This document shows positions 1-9,111 of a stretch of DNA of 64,000 nt, in pieces; position 1 is the first letter of the stretch, and each line of letters opens with the position of its first letter. The notes beneath the pieces are model-generated. The model saw only the letters and a list, made by a program, of their open reading frames with translations. It did not search any database and was not told where the DNA came from. The position numbers and the translations under genes were made by a program. The DNA comes from a bacterium (GTDB lineage Bacteria > Omnitrophota > Gorgyraeia > Zapsychrales > Zapsychraceae), in contig JAUIER010000009.1 in the NCBI GenBank assembly GCA_030429765.1, positions 49,941-113,940 of the forward strand, read 5' to 3'.

Positions 1-1590
1 GCGCTGGTCGACGAGGAAATGCAGGAAGTCGAAACGACATTATCAGAATCCGCGAAAAAAGAAGAAGAATTTAACTTCGAGCTTGATTCAATTAACAAGG
101 AAATTGAATGGTGTCAGAAGGACATCAAGGAGAAACAGCACGCGATTAATGAAAAAGGAACGCAGCGTGAAGAATTAGCGGTTTCGATCGCGCAGATGGA
201 AACGGAAATTCAGCTTGAAGAGCAAAAGATTCATGATCAGCAGCAGAACCTGCACATGTTCAGCGAGGCGCTCGATAGCTGGCTGGAAGAGATGCAGCGG
301 ATTGATGAAGAATTGTCCACGCAGGACGACCGGACGGGTGAATATTCGCGTGAGATTGAGGAGCTAACGCAGAAAGTCGCAGCCGACCGGGAAGAAAAAG
401 AATCGATTCAAGCTGTTTCGGTGGATATCAAAAATCAAAAGGAAGAGCTGGCGCAGAAAATCGGCAGCATGCGAACCAATCTAACCGGTATCGAGGACGA
501 GGTCGATACCATTAAGCGGCAGATCCATGAACAGGAAATGGCCGGTCAGGAGCTGCAGTTCAGCACCAAGGGAATCAAGGATCGTCTGGAGCAATCCTAC
601 AAGATTGATTACGATCAATTGATGGAGCGGCTCGAGCAAGTCCGGCAGGAACAAAAGGCCCTGGCCGAATCTGACAATCCGATCGAACAGTTGATTGATT
701 CCATGATGGCGACTGATAGGCCGGTTGTTGAACCGGCAACGCCAGCTGAGGCAACACCGTCGGCTGAGGCATCGTCGTCGGAAGAGACAAACGAAGAATC
801 GGAAGAAGATCAAGAGTCGACGCAGGCGACCAAGCCGCGTGTCGATATCATTGCCGAGACCGTGAATTATTTGATGGAGGCCGACGAAGAGCCGTTTGAC
901 CCGCAGGAGGCGGAGACGGAATTGTTGCGCTTGAGAAAGCGATGCGATTCATTCGGTAATGTCAATCTTGACGCGATGGATGAGTATGAAGAGCTTAAAG
1001 ATCGATTTGAATTTCTCACACAGCAGCAGTCCGACTTGCTTGAGGCCAAATCACAATTGTTAAGCACGATCAGTAAGATTAATCGTTCGACCCGCCAGAT
1101 GTTTATGGACACGTTCGCCAAGGTGAGCGAGGAATTCCGGATTCACTTTAGAATGCTGTTCGGCGGTGGGGAAGCTCAGCTGATCCTGCTCGACCAGGAA
1201 AATGTCCTTGAGTCCGGAATTGATATCATTGCCCGGCCGCCGGGAAAGAAATTGCAGAATATCAGTTTGCTGTCCGGGGGGGAAAAGACCTTAACCGCGA
1301 TCGCATTGATCTTCGGGGTGTTTAAGGTTAATCCATCGCCATTCTGTGTTCTCGACGAGATCGATGCCGCCCTGGACGAATCCAATGTGGGACGTTTCGC
1401 TTATCTGCTGCAGGAGTTCACCAAGATCGCGCAATTTATCGTCATCACTCACAACAAGAAAACGATCTCCAGCGCCGATGTCATGTATGGGATTACCATG
1501 CCGGAAACGGGTGTGTCGCGGATTGTGTCGGTGAAGTTTGCGGATGACGAGAAAAATAAAAAGGCGGATGAAGTACCCGCCGCTGTCTAG
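1..1590 (+). CDS. smc: Chromosome segregation protein SMC, C-terminal part (5'-truncated by the window edge)
   Basis: Long coiled coil followed by FGNVNLDA, signature LLSGGEKTL, Walker B/D-loop FCVLDEIDAALDE and QFIVITH. Confidence 0.95.
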   Translation, partial: ALVDEEMQEVETTLSESAKKEEEFNFELDSINKEIEWCQKDIKEKQHAINEKGTQREELAVSIAQMETEIQLEEQKIHDQQQNLHMFSEALDSWLEEMQRIDEELSTQDDRTGEYSREIEELTQKVAADREEKESIQAVSVDIKNQKEELAQKIGSMRTNLTGIEDEVDTIKRQIHEQEMAGQELQFSTKGIKDRLEQSYKIDYDQLMERLEQVRQEQKALAESDNPIEQLIDSMMATDRPVVEPATPAEATPSAEASSSEETNEESEEDQESTQATKPRVDIIAETVNYLMEADEEPFDPQEAETELLRLRKRCDSFGNVNLDAMDEYEELKDRFEFLTQQQSDLLEAKSQLLSTISKINRSTRQMFMDTFAKVSEEFRIHFRMLFGGGEAQLILLDQENVLESGIDIIARPPGKKLQNISLLSGGEKTLTAIALIFGVFKVNPSPFCVLDEIDAALDESNVGRFAYLLQEFTKIAQFIVITHNKKTISSADVMYGITMPETGVSRIVSVKFADDEKNKKADEVPAAV

Positions 1591-2771
1591 CGAGAATCAG
1601 AATGCAGGCAGGTCCGGTTTTTACCGGAAAATTTAGCCACATACATTGCGCGGTCGGCGGATTCAATCAGTTCAGATTTACTCTGTGCGTCCTCGGGAAA
1701 ACCGGCAATCCCGATACTTACTGTCACGGAATGATTGTCCGGCAGATCTTTCACCCGGCATGATGCGACATTTTCGCGGATCCGCTCCGCGATCGTAAAC
1801 GCGTCATCCTTGTCGGTGTTGGTCAGTATCACCACAAACTCCTCACCTCCGTACCGGCAGATGTAATCCATCTCACGCGCCGAATGCTTCAGAATGTCGG
1901 CGATCTTGATCAGTGTCTGATCTCCGGTCTGGTGACCAAACTCATCATTTAATTTCTTAAAGTTGTCCAAATCCAGCATCAGCAGACAAAGCGGCTGATC
2001 ATTTTCTGTAGCCTTTTCGATTTCCGTGGACAATTGATCCTGAAAAAAACCATGATTGTAGACATCCGTCAGTGAGTCCGTATAGCTTTTGTGTTTGATC
2101 TTTTCGTAGAGCTGTGAGTTCTCAATGGCCAGGCCGGCCTGGTTGGCCAGCATGGTGAACATCCGCAATGATTCGTCGGTGATGGGATCTTTGGTGAAGC
2201 GGTTGTCGGCGACGATAATGCCTTTGACGCGGTCGCGGGCCTTAAGCGGCATCACCACCAGCTCATCGGTCTTGAATTTCTCGAGCAGCGGGTCTTTGAG
2301 GTAGGCCTTGATCACGGACTCGTCCAGATGTTTGGGTTCGCCGCTGTGGTAGACATCCGCTAACAGATTCCGCTTGTCGGTGACCAGAGGGATTTTCAGA
2401 TCGCTGATCTGTTTGAACAGGGTGGAGGGTTGGCGGTTTTGTGTACTGATATTTTCTTCAATGAGATCGTCCAGCAGGTGATTTTGGTTTTCAATGTACT
2501 GCCAGATTTCCTGGGCATGTTTGAGAGAGTCCGGTCCAATCGCCATCTCCGGGATCAGGTTACGCTTGTGCGGATCCACCAGAAAGAGGATGGCGCGGTT
2601 AAATCCTAGTCCATAGTGAGCGGTTACACTCGTGAGGATGATATAGAGGATCGATTGCAGTTCCAGCGTGGAGCGCATCGCAATGCTGATATCATACAGC
2701 ATCTGCAGATCGCGCTGGGCCCGATCTAGTTGGTTTTTGAGGGACTTGTCGTCCGGTTTGGTGTTCGACAT
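1587..2771 (-). CDS. GAF-domain diguanylate cyclase
   Basis: GAF-like N-terminus (MLANQAGLAIENSQLY), TDSLT, LDLDNFKKLND.FGH, RYGGEEF active site with RxxD (REMD) I-site; convergent with smc, the two TAG stops overlap at CTAG. Confidence 0.92.
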   Translation of the reverse strand: MSNTKPDDKSLKNQLDRAQRDLQMLYDISIAMRSTLELQSILYIILTSVTAHYGLGFNRAILFLVDPHKRNLIPEMAIGPDSLKHAQEIWQYIENQNHLLDDLIEENISTQNRQPSTLFKQISDLKIPLVTDKRNLLADVYHSGEPKHLDESVIKAYLKDPLLEKFKTDELVVMPLKARDRVKGIIVADNRFTKDPITDESLRMFTMLANQAGLAIENSQLYEKIKHKSYTDSLTDVYNHGFFQDQLSTEIEKATENDQPLCLLMLDLDNFKKLNDEFGHQTGDQTLIKIADILKHSAREMDYICRYGGEEFVVILTNTDKDDAFTIAERIRENVASCRVKDLPDNHSVTVSIGIAGFPEDAQSKSELIESADRAMYVAKFSGKNRTCLHSDSR

Positions 2772-2954
2772 GATCGTAAATATTTTATAGTCCTGGGCAA
2801 TAAATTCCCATGACTTTTTGTCCGTTGTTTCGTTGCCAAAGATACCATTGTATCGGGATTATGTCAACATTACGTGTATATCATTCTAATCGACTAGATT
2901 TCTAAGTTATTGCATATCAATGAATTACAAGTTAATATTCAAGAAAGCGCTTCC

Positions 2955-2983
2955 TTGACACCCCCAGACCGGTGTGGTATACT
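2955..2983 (+). promoter_or_regulatory. Sigma70-type promoter for the cvpA-nif3-dnaG-rpoD operon
   Basis: TTGACA-17 bp-TATACT with extended -10 TG. Confidence 0.7.
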
Positions 2984-3022
2984 TTAGCACTTGTGCGGTA
3001 AATACCTATATATTAATATTAT

Positions 3023-3610
3023 ATGACTTTTAATTGGGTAGACATAGTCATGATCGCCATCCTCCTGACCGGAATTTACACAGGCCGGCGAAACGATTTT
3101 GTCTCGGAAGTCTATCATCTTATAGCTATCTTATTCGCCACATTCATAACATTGCATTATTTCATAGGTTTTGGTTTCTATGTTGCCAAGACTTTTTTTG
3201 TACCGCATGGTGTGCAGGAAGCTGTCGCTTTCTATATGCTGGCGGGATTGATACTGGGATTCTTCTTGGTCGCGCATGGCGGCTGGAAGAGGCTGCTGAA
3301 AATCAAAAGTCCGGACTTTTTAGATCAGTACGGGTCATTAGTGCTGTCTATTTTCCGGAGTTTTTTATATTGCGGGCTGCTGTTTCTGGCATTATGCATC
3401 CTCCGGGATCCGACAATATCCAGAGACACACGCAATTCGTGGTCCAGTCCGGTATTCAAGCAGGTTTCGATTGCGACGTACGGTTTTATTTATCAAGGCA
3501 TTGTGCATCCGGTCTTTCGGGCGGAAAAGTTTAATGACCGCGTTTATCATATTCTTGTTCAGCCCAAGAAGAAGCAGGACACAGATGAGGATGAATCGGA
3601 GGCCAAATAA
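3023..3610 (+). CDS. CvpA (colicin V production) family membrane protein
   Basis: MTFNWVDIVMIAILL.G...G start, four hydrophobic segments, LDQYGSLVLS.FRS motif. Confidence 0.7.
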   Translation: MTFNWVDIVMIAILLTGIYTGRRNDFVSEVYHLIAILFATFITLHYFIGFGFYVAKTFFVPHGVQEAVAFYMLAGLILGFFLVAHGGWKRLLKIKSPDFLDQYGSLVLSIFRSFLYCGLLFLALCILRDPTISRDTRNSWSSPVFKQVSIATYGFIYQGIVHPVFRAEKFNDRVYHILVQPKKKQDTDEDESEAK

Positions 3611-3646
3611 AACAGCAACCCTGTATGTTACATAAACGAGGTCCAA

Positions 3647-4600
3647 TTGAAACTCAAAGATATTTACGCGTTATTTGTGAAGGAAGGGATACGGCTTGAT
3701 CCGCGGTCGACAGCCCAGGTTGAGCAGTACCTGAAGGATCAGAAAAAGTCGTATCGCGCCTTAAGCGCGAAAGACAAGAAGTTCTTTGATAGTGAAACAA
3801 TGACCAATCCATACTCGGACACACGTATTTTACATGGTGATCCGAATCGGGAGATCCGGCGCATTCTCGTCGGGATTGATATCGAGCCTGGAGAAATTGC
3901 CATCGCCGATCAGTTGTCGTTGCGGGGTGATGAGATCGATCTGCTGCTCGCGCATCATCCGGAGGGCGTGGCGCTGGCCGGACTGCATGAAGTGATGCAT
4001 ATGCAGACAGATTTTCTTAAGAATGCGGGGATCAAGGATTCAATCGCTGAAAAGCTGATGAAATCCAGGATCGATCAGGTGTCGCGGCGCTTGCACAGCG
4101 CGAACCACACTCGCAGTGTGGATGCCGCCCGATTGCTAGATATCCCGATGATGTGCTGTCATACGCCCGCGGATAATCACGTGAGTACTTATCTGCAGAA
4201 GTTGATGAACGCGAAGAAGCCGCGCACGCTTAAGCATATTGTGGATTTGCTGATGAAAGAACCCGAGTACCGGGACGCTGTTCTGAACAAAGCCGGTCCG
4301 GAGATTCTGGTCGGAAAAGCGAAGGATTTGGCCGGCAAAGTTTACGTGGATATGACCGGCGGGACAGAAGGATCGGATAAGATTTTCGCACGGATGTCAC
4401 AATTGGGAATCGATACACTTTTGGGAATGCATTACTCAGAGGCTCATTACAAAAATATCAAGGCCGAAGGCATTAACGTGGTCAATGCCGGACACATGGC
4501 CAGTGATAATCTCGGAATGAACCTGCTGTTGGATAAATTGACGCGAAAAGCGGATGTTGAAATCGTCGAATGCTCAGGCTTCAAGAGGTTTGAACGTTAA
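3647..4600 (+). CDS. NIF3-like (NGG1p interacting factor) metal-binding protein
   Basis: NPYSDTR, LVGIDIE, AHHPEG, CHTPADN, AGHMASDNLG metal-binding motifs; TTG start. Confidence 0.75.
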   Translation: MKLKDIYALFVKEGIRLDPRSTAQVEQYLKDQKKSYRALSAKDKKFFDSETMTNPYSDTRILHGDPNREIRRILVGIDIEPGEIAIADQLSLRGDEIDLLLAHHPEGVALAGLHEVMHMQTDFLKNAGIKDSIAEKLMKSRIDQVSRRLHSANHTRSVDAARLLDIPMMCCHTPADNHVSTYLQKLMNAKKPRTLKHIVDLLMKEPEYRDAVLNKAGPEILVGKAKDLAGKVYVDMTGGTEGSDKIFARMSQLGIDTLLGMHYSEAHYKNIKAEGINVVNAGHMASDNLGMNLLLDKLTRKADVEIVECSGFKRFER

Positions 4601-6369
4601 TGCCGTTAATCCCTGAAGAAATTATCTCTCAGATCATTGATCAGACGGATATTGTCGACACCATTTCAGGTTACGTTACGCTCAAGAAGGCCGGACGTAA
4701 CTTTAAGGGGTTGTCTCCGTTTAATCATGAGAAGACACCGTCATTTGTTGTCAGTCCGGATAAGCAGATATTTCACTGCTACAGCAGCGGTATCGGCGGC
4801 AATGTAATTTCGTTTATCATGAAGGTCGAACGTCTGACCTTTCCGGAAGCCGCGCGGTTCCTGGCCAAACGGATTAACATCGAAATCCCGGAGAACACCG
4901 GCGGCTCGCCGTATCAACGGGGACAGCGTGAAGAAATTTTCGATGTGAACGCGCTGGCCATGAAATATTTTACCGACATATTGGTGTCGGGTGCTGACCG
5001 AGAATGCGCAGTCAGTCGGGATTATCTCAAATCGCGGGGGATTACGCTGGAGACGGTCAAAACGTTTCAGCTAGGGCTTTCCCGCAATGAATGGGACGGT
5101 CTCATCCGATTTTTGAAATCGAAAAATGTCCCGTTGCGTACGATGGAAAAGGCCGGATTAATCGTCGCTCGTGACAACAAGGAAGGTTATTACGACCGCT
5201 TTCGTAACCGGATTATGTTTCCGATTCAGGACACCCAAGGCCGGGTTCGGGCGTTCGGAGCGCGCAGTCTCGACGACGGCGGAGCTAAGTATATCAATTC
5301 TCCCGAGACAGCGGTTTATACCAAGGGAGAACACCTGTACGGATTGCACTTGGCCAAGCAGGCGGTGATCCAGAAAGATTTTGTCGTTATCGTTGAGGGG
5401 TACATGGATTGCATTATGCCTCAGCAGGCGGGTTTCATGAACATTGTCGCGTCACTTGGAACCGCGCTGACGACGCAGCAAATAAGAAATATCCGACGAT
5501 TTACTCCGAATGTCGTTATGCTTTACGATAACGATAAGGCTGGAGAGGCCGCCATGATGCGCAGTTTTGATGTGCTGATTGAAGAAGGTATCAGCGTCAA
5601 GGTGGCGAGCCTGGAAGCTGGTGAGGACCCGGATTCATACATCAGGAAGCACGGGATCGCCCGCTTTGAAGGACAAATAGAACGGTCCAGAGATTTGTTT
5701 GAGTACAAGCTTGATCGATTGTGTGAGCGTTATGATCCGCGATCGGTAAGCGGTCAAGCCAAGATCTGTGATGATATTTTGCCGACGATTAATCGTTTTC
5801 CGCATGCGGTGATGCAGGCGGGCTATGTTAATCGATTGGCGGCCAAGCTCGGCGTGTCCGAGCGGGCATTGAACGTTGAACTTCAAAAGGTACGTGAAGG
5901 CATGCGCCAACCGGCACGAGAGGCGGTCGTCGAGACCAAGCCGAAGATAAGCATTTCACGTCCTGTTGAAAGCAGCTTATTGAAATTATTGCTTGAAGAG
6001 AAAGATTATATCCAGCCGACGAAGCAGGAAATCGCGCTGGATGATTTTCAGGATAAAACCATCCGTTGTGTCGTGTCCAAGCTTTTTGAGCTTGTCGACC
6101 AAGGGGTGGAATTTGGTACCACAGATTTACTCAGCAGTTTTGACGATCAGGATGCCGTGCAGCTCATATCCCGGTTGTCGACGGACGATCAACTTATCGC
6201 CGGAGATAAACAAAAAATCCATCAGGATTGTCTGAGCCGGATCAAAAAGGATCGACTGAAGAATCAACGTAAGGAATTGCTGGAACAGATTAAATCGGCC
6301 GAGCAAGCCGGTGATCAAACTCGACTGGAAGAATTGCGGCAGCAGTTTTTACAGTCCACCAAAAATTGA
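4600..6369 (+). CDS. dnaG: DNA primase
   Basis: SPFNHEKTPSF zinc-finger variant, YDRFRNRIMFPI, KYINSPET, VEGYMD, TOPRIM YDND and DPD. Confidence 0.97.
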   Translation: MPLIPEEIISQIIDQTDIVDTISGYVTLKKAGRNFKGLSPFNHEKTPSFVVSPDKQIFHCYSSGIGGNVISFIMKVERLTFPEAARFLAKRINIEIPENTGGSPYQRGQREEIFDVNALAMKYFTDILVSGADRECAVSRDYLKSRGITLETVKTFQLGLSRNEWDGLIRFLKSKNVPLRTMEKAGLIVARDNKEGYYDRFRNRIMFPIQDTQGRVRAFGARSLDDGGAKYINSPETAVYTKGEHLYGLHLAKQAVIQKDFVVIVEGYMDCIMPQQAGFMNIVASLGTALTTQQIRNIRRFTPNVVMLYDNDKAGEAAMMRSFDVLIEEGISVKVASLEAGEDPDSYIRKHGIARFEGQIERSRDLFEYKLDRLCERYDPRSVSGQAKICDDILPTINRFPHAVMQAGYVNRLAAKLGVSERALNVELQKVREGMRQPAREAVVETKPKISISRPVESSLLKLLLEEKDYIQPTKQEIALDDFQDKTIRCVVSKLFELVDQGVEFGTTDLLSSFDDQDAVQLISRLSTDDQLIAGDKQKIHQDCLSRIKKDRLKNQRKELLEQIKSAEQAGDQTRLEELRQQFLQSTKN

Positions 6370-6390
6370 GTTCGGGGAGAAGAGAAGAAC

Positions 6391-7986
6391 ATGAAAAAGC
6401 AGAAAGCGAAAGACGATATCCAAGCCGATATCGAAAAATTGGTGGCTTTAGGCAAGAAAAAAGGATTCTTGACCTACGACGAAGTCAACAATGCTTTATC
6501 TGAAACAGTGGAATCATCGGAAGAAATTGATAAAGTTTTCGATATCTTGGACGGAAAAGATATAAAGATCATTGAGTCCGACGAAGGGGAAGAGGAGTCC
6601 AAAAAGGAAGATTTGGATAAAGAATCCCGTGAGCAGGAAGTGCGTCGCGTCCGTGAAGAAAGCAAGGAAGACGAAGTCTATTCAGACAAGTTTATTCCTC
6701 TGGATGATCCGGTGAAGATGTATCTCAAACAGATGGGCTCTATCCCTCTGTTATCTCGCGAAAACGAGATTAATTTGGCCAAGCGGATCGAAGAGGCGGA
6801 ACATAAATTTGCCGAAGCGCTGTATAAGACGGCATACGCCCGGAAGCGCGCGCTGGAAACGATCAAGAATGTGCTTAATGAAGAGATCAACGTGGAAGAC
6901 GTTATCAAGGATGAACTTGATCGTCGACCTAAATTGATCCGCGACCTCAAGCGGATTCGCGCGAGTGTTACACGAACGCGGGTTGGATCGGATAAATCTG
7001 CCGCGTTATTGGCTGAGTTTAAGTTGACCGCCGCGTACAATGAAAAGGTTATGGCTGAGATCATTGATCTGGTTTCAAAGATTGAAAGGATAGAGCGGAA
7101 GCTGAACAGTAAACGCAAGATACCCGGTGTGACGCAAATGCGGAAAGATAAGTCAGCCCTCCTCAAAGAGCTGGCCCAGCCGGTCAAAAAGGTCAAGGAG
7201 CAGCTTCGGGTTATCAAGATCCGAGAATCCAAGTTCAACAAGGCCAAAAAGCTTCTTGTTGAGGCCAATCTCCGTTTGGTGGTTAGTATCGCCAAAAAAT
7301 ACATCAACCGTGGATTGTCGTTTCTGGATCTGATCCAGGAAGGCAATATGGGATTGATCCGGGCCGTAGAGAAGTTCGAATACAAACGTGGGTATAAATT
7401 TTCGACCTACGCCACATGGTGGATCCGACAGGCTATCACCCGGTCTATTGCTGACCAGGCCCGTACAATCCGCATCCCGGTTCACATGACCGAGACGATC
7501 AATAAAATTATCCGTGTGTCACGTCTGTTCGTGCAGGAATACGGGCGCGAACCAACGGCGCAGGAAATTGCCAAGCAGATGCGAATTCCGATCGGCAAAG
7601 TGAAGGAAATCCTCAAGATTTCTCAGGTGCCGATCTCACTGCAAACGCCGATTGGAGACGAAGGGGATACACACTTTGGTGATTTCATCGAGGACAAAAA
7701 GGCGGTATCGCCGGCCAACGCCACACTGCAGTCGATGCTGAAGGATGAGATCACATCTGTCCTTAACACACTGGATGAGCGTGAGCGTAAGATCCTGGAA
7801 TTGCGTTTCGGGATTCATGATGGAACAACGCGAACCCTCGAGGAAGTGGGGAGCGAGTTTAACGTCACCCGTGAGCGGGTTCGGCAGATCGAATCCAAGG
7901 CGTTGCGTAAACTTCGTCATCCAACCCGTTCCAGACGGGTCAAACAGTTCCTGGATATGGCGTCCAAAGAAGACGCGATTATCTAA
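6391..7986 (+). CDS. rpoD: RNA polymerase primary sigma factor
   Basis: Region 1.1, [58 protein letters not shown]. Confidence 0.97.
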   Translation: MKKQKAKDDIQADIEKLVALGKKKGFLTYDEVNNALSETVESSEEIDKVFDILDGKDIKIIESDEGEEESKKEDLDKESREQEVRRVREESKEDEVYSDKFIPLDDPVKMYLKQMGSIPLLSRENEINLAKRIEEAEHKFAEALYKTAYARKRALETIKNVLNEEINVEDVIKDELDRRPKLIRDLKRIRASVTRTRVGSDKSAALLAEFKLTAAYNEKVMAEIIDLVSKIERIERKLNSKRKIPGVTQMRKDKSALLKELAQPVKKVKEQLRVIKIRESKFNKAKKLLVEANLRLVVSIAKKYINRGLSFLDLIQEGNMGLIRAVEKFEYKRGYKFSTYATWWIRQAITRSIADQARTIRIPVHMTETINKIIRVSRLFVQEYGREPTAQEIAKQMRIPIGKVKEILKISQVPISLQTPIGDEGDTHFGDFIEDKKAVSPANATLQSMLKDEITSVLNTLDERERKILELRFGIHDGTTRTLEEVGSEFNVTRERVRQIESKALRKLRHPTRSRRVKQFLDMASKEDAII

Positions 7987-7994
7987 ATTTGCTC

Positions 7995-8040
7995 CGATAG
8001 GTCTGCTTATGGTATCCTTTAAGCAGGCCTATCGATTTGA
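7995..8040 (+). terminator. Hairpin after rpoD, probable terminator
   Basis: CGATAGGTCTGCTTA...TAAGCAGGCCTATCG 15-bp stem with one G-U pair; weak U tract. Confidence 0.55.
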
Positions 8041-8066
8041 TAAACATCATCATAAAGGAGACTCCG

Positions 8067-8897
8067 ATGGCTTTCAAATGTCTCAAGCGAACAAGCATGC
8101 TGGTCATGGTCTTGATGTGTGCGGCCTTTTCACCGGCGACGGCAGAAGAGCAGGTGTTCAGTGAGCAAACCGTCCTGATATGCAACAAGATCATCGAGAA
8201 TGTCCATAGCGAGATACAGAACCAGAAGGACGAGTTTGAAGACCTCAAGCTGTATACGGATCTTGCCTTGAAAACCAATCAATGGGGTTTCCGCTACATC
8301 AAATATCAATTCATTGATACCTTCCGGAGTCGAGAGAAAGACAAACTTGATTTTTTGATTGAGTTTGTTCCGATCGATGCCGATAAAGAGTACACCTTCG
8401 AGGGAGATCACTTTGAGTACGATTTTCCATTGTTGAAGATCAAGCTCATTGCCTACCAAAACCGCAGCAACAAGAGTAAGCAGGTCAAGGTATTGCCTTT
8501 CGTCAAAGAGCATGCCCGTCCGATTCATGACTACCAATCGCAATTTTTACCGGTCAAGTTTTCGCTCAGTACCGAAAAAGAATCGTACCAGGTGGGGCAG
8601 ACGATCACATTGATTGTCGAGATGGAAAATCTTACCAGTACAAATCTCAAACTCCGTGATTTATCCAGTAAGTCAGTGGCGTTTACCTTTGACCGAGGCG
8701 TTTGGGAAAATGATTTGGGATTGGCTGATCCCAAAACAGGCAATGAAATTTTACGGCCGCATCGAACGCTCAAGCGTAAATTTCGATTGAGAGGCGTGGA
8801 CAAGCCGCAAACCCTTGCGGTGCATGCCGTGTATCTGATGCCCTTCAAAAATGCCAGACCAACACACACGCGCTACATCAAGATTACCGAAGAATAG
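8067..8897 (+). CDS. Secreted hypothetical protein with a C-terminal Ig-like/beta-sandwich region
   Basis: AAGGAG RBS before ATG 8067; signal peptide ending ATA; C-terminal 'K..YQVGQTI.L.V...N' pattern. Confidence 0.6.
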   Translation: MAFKCLKRTSMLVMVLMCAAFSPATAEEQVFSEQTVLICNKIIENVHSEIQNQKDEFEDLKLYTDLALKTNQWGFRYIKYQFIDTFRSREKDKLDFLIEFVPIDADKEYTFEGDHFEYDFPLLKIKLIAYQNRSNKSKQVKVLPFVKEHARPIHDYQSQFLPVKFSLSTEKESYQVGQTITLIVEMENLTSTNLKLRDLSSKSVAFTFDRGVWENDLGLADPKTGNEILRPHRTLKRKFRLRGVDKPQTLAVHAVYLMPFKNARPTHTRYIKITEE

Positions 8898-9111
8898 GGC
8901 TCCGACTTGGACTCATTTGTCCTGAACGTGGTTTTTTCAAATGATCAGCCGCGGTGAAATTCTGTAAACTATTCCATATCAAATATTTACCAAATGTAAA
9001 TTTTGGGTGACATACCCAAAAAAGATGGAGATTCGTGCTTCATTCAGATATAATTATAGGGTAAGTACAATTCCCCAATTGCCTTTCTTTAGTTTTGATT
9101 CCAATTAAATT

